Positions 17,990-27,748 of a stretch of DNA of 52,669 nucleotides are shown in pieces (positions within the stretch are counted from its first letter, which is position 1; each line of letters opens with the position of its first letter). The translations under genes were made by a program, and so were the position numbers. Below the pieces are notes generated by a model. The model saw only the letters and a program-made list of their open reading frames with translations, was not told the DNA's origin and did no database searches. Location of the stretch: the IMG/VR virus record IMGVR_UViG_3300027969_002501, positions 1 to 52,669 of that record; one strand, 5' to 3'. The stretch comes from a virus (lineage: Duplodnaviria > Caudoviricetes).

Positions 17990-18280
17990 TTATACCAGTT
18001 TTATGCCTGTGGTATTTTGGATGTATGTATCCGAGGCATCTTTACCACACTGTGCAAGTACCATAATGGTAGTACGGGAAATTTGTATATCCGCATCAGG
18101 CTCTGTAGTAAACAAAAAGGGAACAAGGGCAATACCCTTTTGTCCTGCGGTTAGTACCAATGGTTTACTAACTGTAATATTCATTGGGTTTTCTTCAACT
18201 AGTTTGGCAACAATTTCCTCGCCCGCAGTTGTTTTAATTGTTACTACTTCACCTATTGCTATACCTTTGTTAATTAACAT
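17990..18280 (-). CDS. Sm/LSm-like small beta-barrel protein
   Basis: EVVTIKTTAGEEIVAKLVEE...ITVSKPLVL pattern; AAGGA SD before ATG 18280. Confidence 0.6.
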   Translation of the reverse strand: MLINKGIAIGEVVTIKTTAGEEIVAKLVEENPMNITVSKPLVLTAGQKGIALVPFLFTTEPDADIQISRTTIMVLAQCGKDASDTYIQNTTGIKLV

Positions 18281-18281
18281 A

Positions 18282-18524
18282 TTATCCTTTGAGTGTGTTA
18301 AAAAATTCTTCGTCTTTACCAGCAAGGCCTTGATAGCCGCCTGGAAGGAGTACGCCGTCCTTGAAAATTTGCGGAACTGAGCGCAGGCCTTGATCCATTA
18401 GGAACTCACGTGCATCTGGTTCGTCTTCCATTTTGATTACTCTAAATGGAATTGCTTTGCTTTCCAATAATGCCTTTGCTCTATCACAAAATGGGCAATT
18501 ATTTTTACTGTATACTGTAATCAT
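18282..18524 (-). CDS. Glutaredoxin
   Basis: VYSKNNCPFC, RSVPQIF, GGY. Confidence 0.95.
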   Translation of the reverse strand: MITVYSKNNCPFCDRAKALLESKAIPFRVIKMEDEPDAREFLMDQGLRSVPQIFKDGVLLPGGYQGLAGKDEEFFNTLKG

Positions 18525-18533
18525 GTTTCTCTC

Positions 18534-19634
18534 TTATAATGCTGGTAATGCGTCATAGTCTAACGTATCGCTCATAACACCAATAACATAATTAGTGCTT
18601 TCGCTTTCTTGTAGTGCAGTTTGTTTATTGCTTGTGTTAACGTGCTTGTTAAACCAAGGAATAGGTGTGGACTTTGGCGCAGGGTTATTATACTTAATAC
18701 CAATATCTTTTAGTGCGCCAACTGCTGTGTAGTCTACAAAGTCTTTGAGAATGTTAGCGTTCAATCCAATAACTGGACCTTTGTTAAACAAATAGTCTGC
18801 CCATTGTTTTTCTTCTCGAATCACATCCATGTACAAATTATATACTTCTTGTTCACATTCTGCTTTAATTTCGGCAAACCTAGTATCCTCTTTGACCACT
18901 TGATTAATCAAATAAGCAGTCCAACCCTTGTGTAGGATTTCATCTTGTAGGATCAATTGGATAATGTTACCATTGCCCATAAAGATTTTATTCTCTACCA
19001 TAGCTAGACTTGTAGCAAAACTAACCATAAAGCGGAATGCCTCTAAAGCATAGCTGGCATGTAGTGCCATGTAAATTGCTTTAATGTGTGTACGTTCGTT
19101 AATCTTCTCACCCATTTGCTTACGGCAGTTGACCATATGCAAGTCTTCATAGTAGTTACCTACACTAGATGCCATGTCAATAATTTCTTGTGTATCATGG
19201 ATTGTGTTGAACACATCTTTAGGTACGTTGTAGATATTACGAATGATATGACTGTAACTCTTGCTGTGAATGTTAGTTTCAAAGAATGTCCAGTTGTAAA
19301 TCAATGCTTCTAGTTCTGGCAATGACACTACAGGCATAAAGATCTGACTTGGTCCACGTCCTTGCAAACTGTCTAATGCTGTTTGTCTTAATAGGTTACT
19401 GGTAAAGATATGTTTGATAGCATCACTGGCATCTTTAAAGTCATTGCTGTCTTTGGTAAGACTAATCTCTTCTGGTTGCCAAAAGAAACCACGTGCCGTT
19501 GCTTCAAAATCTGCTATCTTTTTATACTTAACTTCTTCAAAACGTTGAATGGTAACTGGACCTGCTGGATCTAGAAACATCTTACGATTAAGATAGTCTG
19601 TCTTTGTTTTTAAATTATATTGTTCTTTACTCAT
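18534..19634 (-). CDS. nrdB: Ribonucleotide reductase class Ia beta subunit
   Basis: FFWQPEEISL, QTALDSLQGRGP, ETNIHSKSY, YALEAFRF, DEILH, ALQESE. Confidence 0.97.
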   Translation of the reverse strand: MSKEQYNLKTKTDYLNRKMFLDPAGPVTIQRFEEVKYKKIADFEATARGFFWQPEEISLTKDSNDFKDASDAIKHIFTSNLLRQTALDSLQGRGPSQIFMPVVSLPELEALIYNWTFFETNIHSKSYSHIIRNIYNVPKDVFNTIHDTQEIIDMASSVGNYYEDLHMVNCRKQMGEKINERTHIKAIYMALHASYALEAFRFMVSFATSLAMVENKIFMGNGNIIQLILQDEILHKGWTAYLINQVVKEDTRFAEIKAECEQEVYNLYMDVIREEKQWADYLFNKGPVIGLNANILKDFVDYTAVGALKDIGIKYNNPAPKSTPIPWFNKHVNTSNKQTALQESESTNYVIGVMSDTLDYDALPAL

Positions 19635-21973
19635 AGTTTGCAACTCTCGCAATCATCTTCCAATTCGTCATAATGGAACCCGTTAACTTGAACTCCATTG
19701 ATTTGTGTTTGTTCAGGAGTAGGTTCTTCTACTGCTTTACTGCCAGCTTTATTGATTAGGCTGTAGTAGAATGTTTTTAATCCCCACAACTGTGCTTGCA
19801 TCAAGTTCTTGGCAATCAATGTAGTTGGAACTTTACGTCCTGGAAAGTGTGCAGGATTATAAAAGGTATTTGTACTGATACTTTGATCAACATAGGCCGC
19901 TAATACAGCACTTGTCTTTAAGTAGCCGTCACAGTCTTTCTGCTCCCACATTAATTGATACTTGTTCTTGAGTTTATGATACTCAGGGACAACTTGGACA
20001 AAGGAACCTGCTTTGCTTTCCTTAACTGAAATAAGCGACATAGGCATTTCAATGCCATTAGTGCTATTAATAACAACACTAGAACTTTCAACAGGGGCAA
20101 TAGCCATAAGTGTAGCATTTCTAACTCCATGCAATTTCATTTGTTCACGTAATGGTTCCCAGTCAAGTTCTGGAGTAAAGTCCGCTAATTCGTTTGCGCC
20201 TTTAGCACGTAATTCCCAAGGAAATATGCCTTTGCCGTATCGTGTATGTGCGCTATGCAAACATGGGCCACGCTCACGGGCAAGTTCAACTGTTGCTTCT
20301 GTTAGATAGAACGCTTGATGCTCCATCCACGATTTAACATCTTGCAAAGCATCCTTCTCTCCATATTTGAGTCCACGCTTGGCATGCCAGTAGGCTAAGT
20401 TAGTAACACCAATGCCTAGTGGTTGGATCTCGTCATTGGATAATTTACTTTGTATTGACAAGAAGTCCTGGTAATCTAAAATATTACATAGGCTACGCTG
20501 TAGAATACGGCAAGCACGGCGCATGTCTTCTGGATTACGGAACGCTCCCCAGTTAATAGATCCTAATGTACATAACGCTATGCGGCCATCGGCATCATCA
20601 AGGCGTTTGAATGATTTAGTTGGTAATAGAATCTCGCAACATAAATTGCTTTGATAAATTGTATGGTACTCAGGATCAAACGGTCCTTGGTTCATCACGT
20701 TGTCAATAAACACTAGATAGATACGCCCTGTATCAGTACGCTCTTTCAATATGCCCGACTTGAATACTTCTTCAGCACTCATTGTTTTAGTACGCAAGTC
20801 TTTACGTTTTTCGTATTTTACATATAGTTGTTCAAACAAGGCGGTGTTTTTGTAAAATGCTTCGTACAAATCAGGCACTTCATTTGGGTCGAAAAAGGTG
20901 ATGTTTTCCTTATTTTTAAATCGTCTCCAAAAGAAAGCGGACAGGACAACTCCGTAGTCCATGTGTCTAACACGAGTCTCTTCAGTACCCTGGTTATTTT
21001 TAAGAACAATAAGATCATCAAACTGATGATGCCAAATTGGATAGAATACTGTAGCACTAGCGTTACGGATACCTCCTTGACTGCAACTACGTAGGTCGCC
21101 AAACCATTTCTTTAAGAATGGAATCATACCAGTGTGCATGATTTCTCCACCTCTGATGGGACTGCCTAATGGACGTAGACGGCCAATCTCCAAACCAATG
21201 CCAGCACGTTTGCTAGCATACTTGGCCATCATTTCTCCGGATGCAAATATGCTATCCAAATCATCGTCACTACGGATAAGAACACATGAACTAAACTGCT
21301 TAGTTGGAGTTCCCAAGCCAGCAAGAACAGGAGTAGCAAGAGTAAATAGCCCATCACTGGCCGCATTATAATACTCTTTAATATAGCGCATCCTTGCGCT
21401 GTTAGGTTCTTCTTTATGGAACACAGTAGCCGCGGCAACCATATATCTAATTTGTGGAGTTTCATACGTTTGTTTTGTACTACGGTTTTTAACCAAATAT
21501 TTCTCTATTAATTGTTCAATAGCCGCATAACCATACTGTTCATCTTTTTCATGATCCAGCATGTCATCCATTCGGTTCCAGTCTTCTTCTGTATACCATT
21601 CCAGCAGTTCGTTAGTGTACAAGCCAGTAGCCACATTCTTCTTAACAATTTCATACAAATGTGGAACTGTGTAACTACCGTATACATCTTTGCGTAGCAT
21701 ACTCAGTCGTTGTTTGCCTGCTACATATTGATAGTTAACATGTCCAACATCTGGATTTTGCTCCACGTCAATCAAGTCGACTATCGCTCTAAGTGTAATG
21801 CCGTCAATTTCTTTAGTTGTTATGCCATCATAAAAATGTAATTGGGCTTTGATTTCAATCATCGATTGGCTAACATCTGCAATGCCCTGGCAAACTTTTG
21901 CTACCTGCGCTTGCCATTTATCGATTGTTAACGGCTCTTTTTGTCCGTTTCTTTTAATTACTGTTATGTTCAT
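19631..21973 (-). CDS. nrdA: Ribonucleotide reductase class Ia alpha subunit with ATP cone
   Basis: VIKRNG, QFSSCVL, SCSQGGIR, QSNLCCEI, C-terminal CESCKL. Confidence 0.98.
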   Translation of the reverse strand: MNITVIKRNGQKEPLTIDKWQAQVAKVCQGIADVSQSMIEIKAQLHFYDGITTKEIDGITLRAIVDLIDVEQNPDVGHVNYQYVAGKQRLSMLRKDVYGSYTVPHLYEIVKKNVATGLYTNELLEWYTEEDWNRMDDMLDHEKDEQYGYAAIEQLIEKYLVKNRSTKQTYETPQIRYMVAAATVFHKEEPNSARMRYIKEYYNAASDGLFTLATPVLAGLGTPTKQFSSCVLIRSDDDLDSIFASGEMMAKYASKRAGIGLEIGRLRPLGSPIRGGEIMHTGMIPFLKKWFGDLRSCSQGGIRNASATVFYPIWHHQFDDLIVLKNNQGTEETRVRHMDYGVVLSAFFWRRFKNKENITFFDPNEVPDLYEAFYKNTALFEQLYVKYEKRKDLRTKTMSAEEVFKSGILKERTDTGRIYLVFIDNVMNQGPFDPEYHTIYQSNLCCEILLPTKSFKRLDDADGRIALCTLGSINWGAFRNPEDMRRACRILQRSLCNILDYQDFLSIQSKLSNDEIQPLGIGVTNLAYWHAKRGLKYGEKDALQDVKSWMEHQAFYLTEATVELARERGPCLHSAHTRYGKGIFPWELRAKGANELADFTPELDWEPLREQMKLHGVRNATLMAIAPVESSSVVINSTNGIEMPMSLISVKESKAGSFVQVVPEYHKLKNKYQLMWEQKDCDGYLKTSAVLAAYVDQSISTNTFYNPAHFPGRKVPTTLIAKNLMQAQLWGLKTFYYSLINKAGSKAVEEPTPEQTQINGVQVNGFHYDELEDDCESCKL

Positions 21974-22166
21974 TGTGTCCGCTTTTTGCAAGTTATATTG
22001 ATTAGGAAGTATTTAGTTGCCAGGTTATAACTTGCCATTCTTATCCGAAATGTTTGTTTTTCTAATTATTTCACTAGGTTACGCACGATTTTTTTAGGTG
22101 GCGATCCTATATCTTTCGTACATAATGAATTATATACGTAGTTTTAGTTATTGTCTATCGGATTGA

Positions 22167-24233
22167 TTATACTACAGCAGAATATGAATAAATCACAATT
22201 CCAGTGTCGCCTGAACTAGAATTCACATAAGACACATTCAAACTTCTATTTAAGATTTGTGCGCTGAATTGTAATAGTGTATCTTCTGATGTACTTGCAT
22301 ATTGCACATAATCATATTCATCACTAACTGAAACTAATCCATTAATAATATCTGCCATAATAGTCAATTGCCCACGGCGACTTTGTGCTCGATTTGTACT
22401 ACGGTATACATAATTAATGATGTAACCAACACCGTCTGTTGGAATTGGTAATCGGAATGCAAATGTAGGACTTGTAATATTGCTTATGGAAATTCGATTA
22501 ATACCGTAACTATTATAAGAAACTAAACCGCTAACTTCTGGATAATACGGAACACTAAACACCAGCGTTCCACTAGGTGTTGAGTTTGGAGCTGAACTTA
22601 TTGTCAATGTAGTTGAATTTACAACAGTACTTACAATTTGGCTACTAGTAAACCCAGTGCCTGATACTACCATTCCAACAGCAATACCTGAAGTACTGCT
22701 TACTACTAATGTTGTTCCAGCTGAACCGCCTGAGGTATATGTTGCGCTAACACTTGGGATTACAGTAGCTAGGTCTTGTGATCGTCTGCTTTGATCGTTT
22801 ATACTAGCATTGCCTGGCGTTGCATAATAAATTTGTGGGTAGGCCGCTGTTGTTATATTTGAGCCGCCGTTGTTACCAACATTGGCAATACGAGAACTTT
22901 GGCTAGTGTTACCAGTTCCATTATAAACATAAATTGCATGTTGTCTAACAGAATCAAAATAACATTCAATAATTTCATTATAACTTGGGCCATATAACTG
23001 GCCAGCACTGGCTAAATCTGTAGTTCGGCCAAATATAATACCGCTACGTGTATCAGTTATTGATAAACCTTTGAATTTATTATATTGAATATCAGTATTT
23101 GAATTCACCGCATAACTAAAACCAGTTATGTCTATGTTTTCAAATAAATTTCGTTGGCAAGATACTAATCTACTAAATGCTATTAAAAATATACCAGCAC
23201 TAGTTTCAGTAAATGTTCCTCCCCATGCTCCCTGTATGTACAAATTTTCAAACTGACTATCACGAACTCCGTCTAATTGTAGACCGGGTTGATCGACAAC
23301 AGTATTAATCATAGACAGATTTTTAATACTGATGTTGCGTGGTTGATTCAGGTAAGTTGCTTTTGGTGCTGGAGATGTTGTAAATGTTAACACGCCGCTT
23401 GGGCTGGTTGGTTGCGCACTAACTGTAATAGTTGTTGAATCAACTACTTCAATAACTGTTTGTCCAGTAAAACCTGTACCTGTAATTACCATACCTGGCA
23501 CAATACCAGTAGTTCCAGCAAGAGCATCTGCTCTAGTTAGTCTAACAGTTGTACCTGCTGATCCAATTGGATTGTATGTTGCTTTAGCTACAGTATCCAT
23601 ATCGCCGTAACGAGGTATACCAGGCAATGCTGTATCGTTTACAAATCGAAATACTGCACCAGGACTGCTGTTTGTATTATTAAACTGAATAATAGTTTTT
23701 TCTTTGCCTGAACCTTCAATAGTAGCATAACTAGGTAATTGTATTGTGGCAGAAATGATATACTTGCCTGGAGGGAATTTTAATGTTACACGGCCGCTAA
23801 CTGAAGACAAATTAAGATTGTTTAAGAATAACTGATTAATAGCAAGCTGGATAGCCGATGTATCGTCTGTAGCGCCATCACCTAATGCACCAAAATCGTG
23901 TACGCTGGATTGCAGTTCATCTAGCTTGTATTGCAAGCCTCGGACATACGGATAGTTTGCGCCCTGTGTTCCAGTAACGATTGTATAATCGTTTTTCTTG
24001 TATTGATATGAAATTAAGTCAAGAATATTACCATTAGAACTTAAATCATTTTGTGTAAGAATCTTTGTATTACCTACAAACGGTGCACCTTCTGCTACAC
24101 TACCGTTACCAATCCATAGGTTTTGTGCATCGACACTCCACGCCATTTCGCCACTAGCTAATTGTGGTAATCCACTGCCTGAATTTTCTTTACCACGTCT
24201 AACCTGGATTCTCGAGATTTGCACTACAGCCAT
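22167..24233 (-). CDS. Tail fibre/spike-like protein with pectate-lyase-type beta-helix
   Basis: ISRIQVRRG...LPQLASGEMAWSVD...LWIGNG anchor; SVHDFGALGDGATDDTSAIQLAI; late promoter upstream. Confidence 0.85.
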   Translation of the reverse strand: MAVVQISRIQVRRGKENSGSGLPQLASGEMAWSVDAQNLWIGNGSVAEGAPFVGNTKILTQNDLSSNGNILDLISYQYKKNDYTIVTGTQGANYPYVRGLQYKLDELQSSVHDFGALGDGATDDTSAIQLAINQLFLNNLNLSSVSGRVTLKFPPGKYIISATIQLPSYATIEGSGKEKTIIQFNNTNSSPGAVFRFVNDTALPGIPRYGDMDTVAKATYNPIGSAGTTVRLTRADALAGTTGIVPGMVITGTGFTGQTVIEVVDSTTITVSAQPTSPSGVLTFTTSPAPKATYLNQPRNISIKNLSMINTVVDQPGLQLDGVRDSQFENLYIQGAWGGTFTETSAGIFLIAFSRLVSCQRNLFENIDITGFSYAVNSNTDIQYNKFKGLSITDTRSGIIFGRTTDLASAGQLYGPSYNEIIECYFDSVRQHAIYVYNGTGNTSQSSRIANVGNNGGSNITTAAYPQIYYATPGNASINDQSRRSQDLATVIPSVSATYTSGGSAGTTLVVSSTSGIAVGMVVSGTGFTSSQIVSTVVNSTTLTISSAPNSTPSGTLVFSVPYYPEVSGLVSYNSYGINRISISNITSPTFAFRLPIPTDGVGYIINYVYRSTNRAQSRRGQLTIMADIINGLVSVSDEYDYVQYASTSEDTLLQFSAQILNRSLNVSYVNSSSGDTGIVIYSYSAVV

Positions 24234-24260
24234 AATAATATCCTCTATATAGGATATTTA

Positions 24261-24977
24261 TCAGTTTTGATTGTAGTATTGCTCCACTCGGTTCCACCAC
24301 TGTTTTTCCCAGTGTCCAAACATGTCTGGGGTTAGAATAAACTCTTGATAAGCAGGTTCGCCCCATATCATAGGCTTAATTTCGTGAGGTTTAACACACA
24401 TAAACACCACACCTTTTTGTATGTTAGTGCCATGTACTTTGTTATGTGCCAGTGCATAGGCTACCATTTGCAAGTAGTAGTCTTCAATCCACTCATCTTT
24501 CTTAGGCTTGTTAGTTTGCTTATGGTCCATGATAGCCGGATCATTTAAATGCAAGCCCACACAGTCTGTTGTACCTGCATACAATCCTGGATAATATAAG
24601 CCAACCTCTACACCCCATATTTCGTTCACATTCTTAAGCCCGTGTTCAATAATATGGTTAGCCATCTTATGGCTTTGTACGCTATATGGATTAGTACCTG
24701 GAGGATTGATAACACCCTGCACAATATAATCTTCTAGAAACTTGTGCATACGTGTTCCACGGCCGGCCGCTTCAGTTACAATTTCTTGTGCTTTCTTTTC
24801 GCCAACAGCTTTTTTCCAATTGAGAAGGGCTTGTACCTTTTCCCACGGTTTAGTCTTGTCTAGGATTGTTGTGACAGATGGTAGTTTACCTCCGTCTGGC
24901 GTTGCGTATAAACGCTTGCCTTCTACGCTCTCCCTATTTAAAGGAGTGTAGTCATATCGTTCTTTGAGTAGTGTCAT
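24261..24977 (-). CDS. PD-(D/E)xK exonuclease
   Basis: LPSVTTIL, GRGTRMH, YAGTTDC, IMDHKQ, YYLQMVAYALA. Confidence 0.9.
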   Translation of the reverse strand: MTLLKERYDYTPLNRESVEGKRLYATPDGGKLPSVTTILDKTKPWEKVQALLNWKKAVGEKKAQEIVTEAAGRGTRMHKFLEDYIVQGVINPPGTNPYSVQSHKMANHIIEHGLKNVNEIWGVEVGLYYPGLYAGTTDCVGLHLNDPAIMDHKQTNKPKKDEWIEDYYLQMVAYALAHNKVHGTNIQKGVVFMCVKPHEIKPMIWGEPAYQEFILTPDMFGHWEKQWWNRVEQYYNQN

Positions 24978-25012
24978 AGCGCAATTATACTATCAATTGC
25001 GCTATGTGTCAA
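24975..25012 (-). promoter_or_regulatory. Consensus sigma70 promoter, leaderless start, within a 12-bp inverted repeat
   Basis: TTGACA-17-TATAAT-6 nt-ATG; arms CATAGCGCAATT 24975-24986 and 24995-25006. Confidence 0.85.
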
Positions 25013-25015
25013 CTA

Positions 25016-25345
25016 TTATTGTGCTCGTTTTGTAGCAGACATTGCTGTACGGTCTAATACATCCGGCCCAGGTTGTCCTTGTACTTCTGGATTCTCTTCT
25101 GGACTGTTGGTATCAATGACTAATCCGTTTTTGTCGAATTTTTTAATTATTCCACTGGCTTTGAGCGGATCGTTAGGATCATTCCAACGTGCGACAAATC
25201 TTTTATATTCAATGCCAGGTGCGTGTCTTTGAGCTAATTCTTGACTCAGTGCGCTCCAACTTAATGGAGCGACTGAACCTTTGTTTATTGCACCGGCCTG
25301 TACAGCCTGAAGTGTTGCCAATAATGGATCTATGTCTTCAGTTAC
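25016..25345 (-). CDS. -1 frame extension of the upstream core-like protein
   Basis: Frame is open from the A9G site (VTEDIDPLLATLQAVQAG...); only a TTG start without SD otherwise. Confidence 0.7.
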   Translation of the reverse strand, partial: VTEDIDPLLATLQAVQAGAINKGSVAPLSWSALSQELAQRHAPGIEYKRFVARWNDPNDPLKASGIIKKFDKNGLVIDTNSPEENPEVQGQPGPDVLDRTAMSATKRAQ

Positions 25346-26370
25346 TTTTTTTTTGATTGCGCTAACATTATGCCTAGTTTACGGCTATAGTTTGATTCTC
25401 TCATTTCGCGGCCTGCTGGGCTTGCTGGTTCTTCTTCGCCTGCATCCATTCCTACATCCATACCTGCATCCATCTCTGGTTCGCCACCTGGCATGCCTGG
25501 AGTTGTAGGAGCTGATCCCATCATCTCTCCGCCGCCTTGGCCTGATGCAATTGACAATCCTGAGCTTAATGCACCACGTGCCTTTTCTAAGCCTGCATAA
25601 ATTTCTTCTAGTGCAGGACGAACTGCTTGTGTATATTGTTCAGCAACATCTGAACCTAATTCTTCTCTTATAGAGTCTAATAGTTGTAATAGTTGTTCGG
25701 CTTTCATAGCTGACACATCGTCAAGCCAGCCTGTAATACGATCAACCATGTCCTTTGTGGACATAATGATTTTGGCTTTTTCTTCTTCGCCTTCTTCTAG
25801 ATATACAATGTGGTTTGCTACGCTTTCTCGTAGATCGTATCGTGTTACTAATTCTGCGGCTAATTCGCCTTGGTCGCTTTCGCCTAAGTTGATGCGTCGG
25901 ATAGCATCAGCAATCCAACTAGTTGGAACTGAATGTTCTCTAGCTTTGATAGCTAGTTTACCTAAATAAATGTTATGGTCCATACTTTCCTCTGCTTTTT
26001 TCTTAAATTTGTTTTTGCGTAATGCCGCAAAGTCTGATTTTTCAAGTTTGCCGTTTTTATTAACGTCTAATTTCTCTTGCTTGCCTGGCAAATTATCTGC
26101 GCCTTCTTCCATTGCGGCTTCGCGTTCTAAAATTTCTTGATTGATAACATCATGTAGCATACGTACTTTTTGGTACTGTGGGCTAGAGTTAACACTGTCA
26201 AAGCTTTCGCTAACTTCAAACTGGCTCATTTCTGTGCGCATTTTGTTGCGGGCATCTTCTAACTGGGCATCGCTGAACTTTTCCAAGTTCAATTTGTAGC
26301 CCAACTGCTTGGCCATATTTTCGTTAAGTCTTTTACTTGTAACGGGTTGAGAAAGTTCTCTAATGTTCAT
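25342..26370 (-). CDS. Acidic helical prohead core/scaffold-like protein
   Basis: E-rich helical; many hydrophobic-x-E sites (VSES, LRES, MRES); ends SKKK* on TCA AAA AAA AAG TAA. Confidence 0.6.
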   Translation of the reverse strand: MNIRELSQPVTSKRLNENMAKQLGYKLNLEKFSDAQLEDARNKMRTEMSQFEVSESFDSVNSSPQYQKVRMLHDVINQEILEREAAMEEGADNLPGKQEKLDVNKNGKLEKSDFAALRKNKFKKKAEESMDHNIYLGKLAIKAREHSVPTSWIADAIRRINLGESDQGELAAELVTRYDLRESVANHIVYLEEGEEEKAKIIMSTKDMVDRITGWLDDVSAMKAEQLLQLLDSIREELGSDVAEQYTQAVRPALEEIYAGLEKARGALSSGLSIASGQGGGEMMGSAPTTPGMPGGEPEMDAGMDVGMDAGEEEPASPAGREMRESNYSRKLGIMLAQSKKK

Positions 26371-26398
26371 GATTATATCCTAAGCTATCATCTAATAT

Positions 26399-26875
26399 TT
26401 ATACAAAAGCCCAACGAAATAACTTGGAGATTTCCTCTTTGTAATGGTTGGCTTTCCATGTACTGTCTTCTAGCTTATTTAACAGAATCATGTACCTGTC
26501 ATTATCTTTAGCAAGTTTAATGTTGTGCTGATAAACACTGGTTCTATAGAAATTGCTCCAGTATTTGTTGTCCAAGGTCTTGATCTCATTAAAGCGTTGC
26601 AGTTGCATTTGACTTAATGCTTTGGCCGCTACTAGCGCACAGGTTTGTAAGTTGAACTCACCGTGCGAATAGTTAGTGGTTTGCTTGGAATAAATGTGCC
26701 AAGTGTCGTCTTTGTTCTTCTTAACAATATAGTCCTTATAAGCCACACTACCATCCGGTAACGGTATCAAAGGCACTATCTTTTTAAATTCAATATCAAG
26801 TACATCGGCTAGTTTTTTAACATCTGTCCGTGTTGCTTGTTGTTTATGTTTAGGCTTGTTTTTTGGCTTGTTCAT
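26399..26875 (-). CDS. Hypothetical protein
   Basis: 158-aa ORF in late cluster. Confidence 0.75.
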   Translation of the reverse strand: MNKPKNKPKHKQQATRTDVKKLADVLDIEFKKIVPLIPLPDGSVAYKDYIVKKNKDDTWHIYSKQTTNYSHGEFNLQTCALVAAKALSQMQLQRFNEIKTLDNKYWSNFYRTSVYQHNIKLAKDNDRYMILLNKLEDSTWKANHYKEEISKLFRWAFV

Positions 26876-27065
26876 TGGCTACCACTTTAGGATTAACTTG
26901 TCCTATCTTAGTTACCAGACTTTTGCGGATTAGGGCCTCGATCCTGAATTGATCATGTTCGCTTAAACTAGATAGCGGAACTGGTTTTGATAGCTTTCTA
27001 AGTATTTCAGCTTCTTCGTTAGTTGTGAAGATACCAAACTCTCCAATAAGCTCGTTTATTTTCAT
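26850..27065 (-). CDS. Small hypothetical protein (MKINELIGE N-terminus)
   Basis: Coupled ORF with shared N-terminal motif. Confidence 0.7.
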   Translation of the reverse strand: MKINELIGEFGIFTTNEEAEILRKLSKPVPLSSLSEHDQFRIEALIRKSLVTKIGQVNPKVVANEQAKKQA

Positions 27066-27748
27066 TTAAGACCCGATAACATTTTAATGCGTGACACTTC
27101 TGCTGATTCTTCTAACTTGTGCATATTAGCTGGGTTTGGACGCTGACCTGGCTGTGGCAACGGTTGGCTCCTGCTGTCAAAACTTGGAGCAGGATTTCTT
27201 GTTGCAGGCAGATGCATTATGCCAGTAATTTCAGCAAATGCGTTTGGCCCAATTTTCCATTTGTGTCCGGTGTTTAATGCTAGATATTTTTTGCCTTTAA
27301 AAACAACATAACCCATTCTGTTACCTGCATTAGCCGGATCTGCAATGTATGCCTGATCAACTTCTCTTCTAGTGCTAGTGATTTCAATAGGATCGCCATC
27401 TGATGCAAATAGTTGCGCACCTTTTCGTATTGCATTAACTGTGTTTGAAACGTTAGACGGTTCTTCTTGTACCTTAATGTCTTGCCCCATGGCAACTGGA
27501 GCTTGTCCAGGAGTGCCGGTTGGTGCTGGTGTTGGAGTTTGATTGGTTTGACTGTCTTGTTGTGTATTAATCATAGGCTTGCCATCCGGGCCTGTGCTGA
27601 TCATATTTGATGGAACCATTTGTTTAATACCATTGGACATTGTTACTGTCACCATACCCGGTGCACCACCCATACCCGGTTGTTGGGCAGTTATTTTACC
27701 CATTTGTGGCATTTGCCCGTCTTCACTTACAATGTCTTTAACTTTCAT
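27062..27748 (-). CDS. Putative internal head protein
   Basis: MKVKDIVSE start, Q/P/G low-complexity, C-terminal LEESAEVSRIKMLSGL. Confidence 0.6.
   Translation of the reverse strand: MKVKDIVSEDGQMPQMGKITAQQPGMGGAPGMVTVTMSNGIKQMVPSNMISTGPDGKPMINTQQDSQTNQTPTPAPTGTPGQAPVAMGQDIKVQEEPSNVSNTVNAIRKGAQLFASDGDPIEITSTRREVDQAYIADPANAGNRMGYVVFKGKKYLALNTGHKWKIGPNAFAEITGIMHLPATRNPAPSFDSRSQPLPQPGQRPNPANMHKLEESAEVSRIKMLSGLK

Noticed and set aside
18534-21973. Introns or inteins in nrdA/nrdB
   Set aside because: Both ORFs are continuous and of normal class Ia length
22100-22120. NrdR box upstream of nrdA (CCTATATCTT)
   Set aside because: Only a partial single match; no tandem second box seen
24261-24977. 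Cas4 / CRISPR adaptation gene
   Set aside because: No Fe-S cysteine cluster or cas context; fits a stand-alone phage PD-(D/E)xK exonuclease
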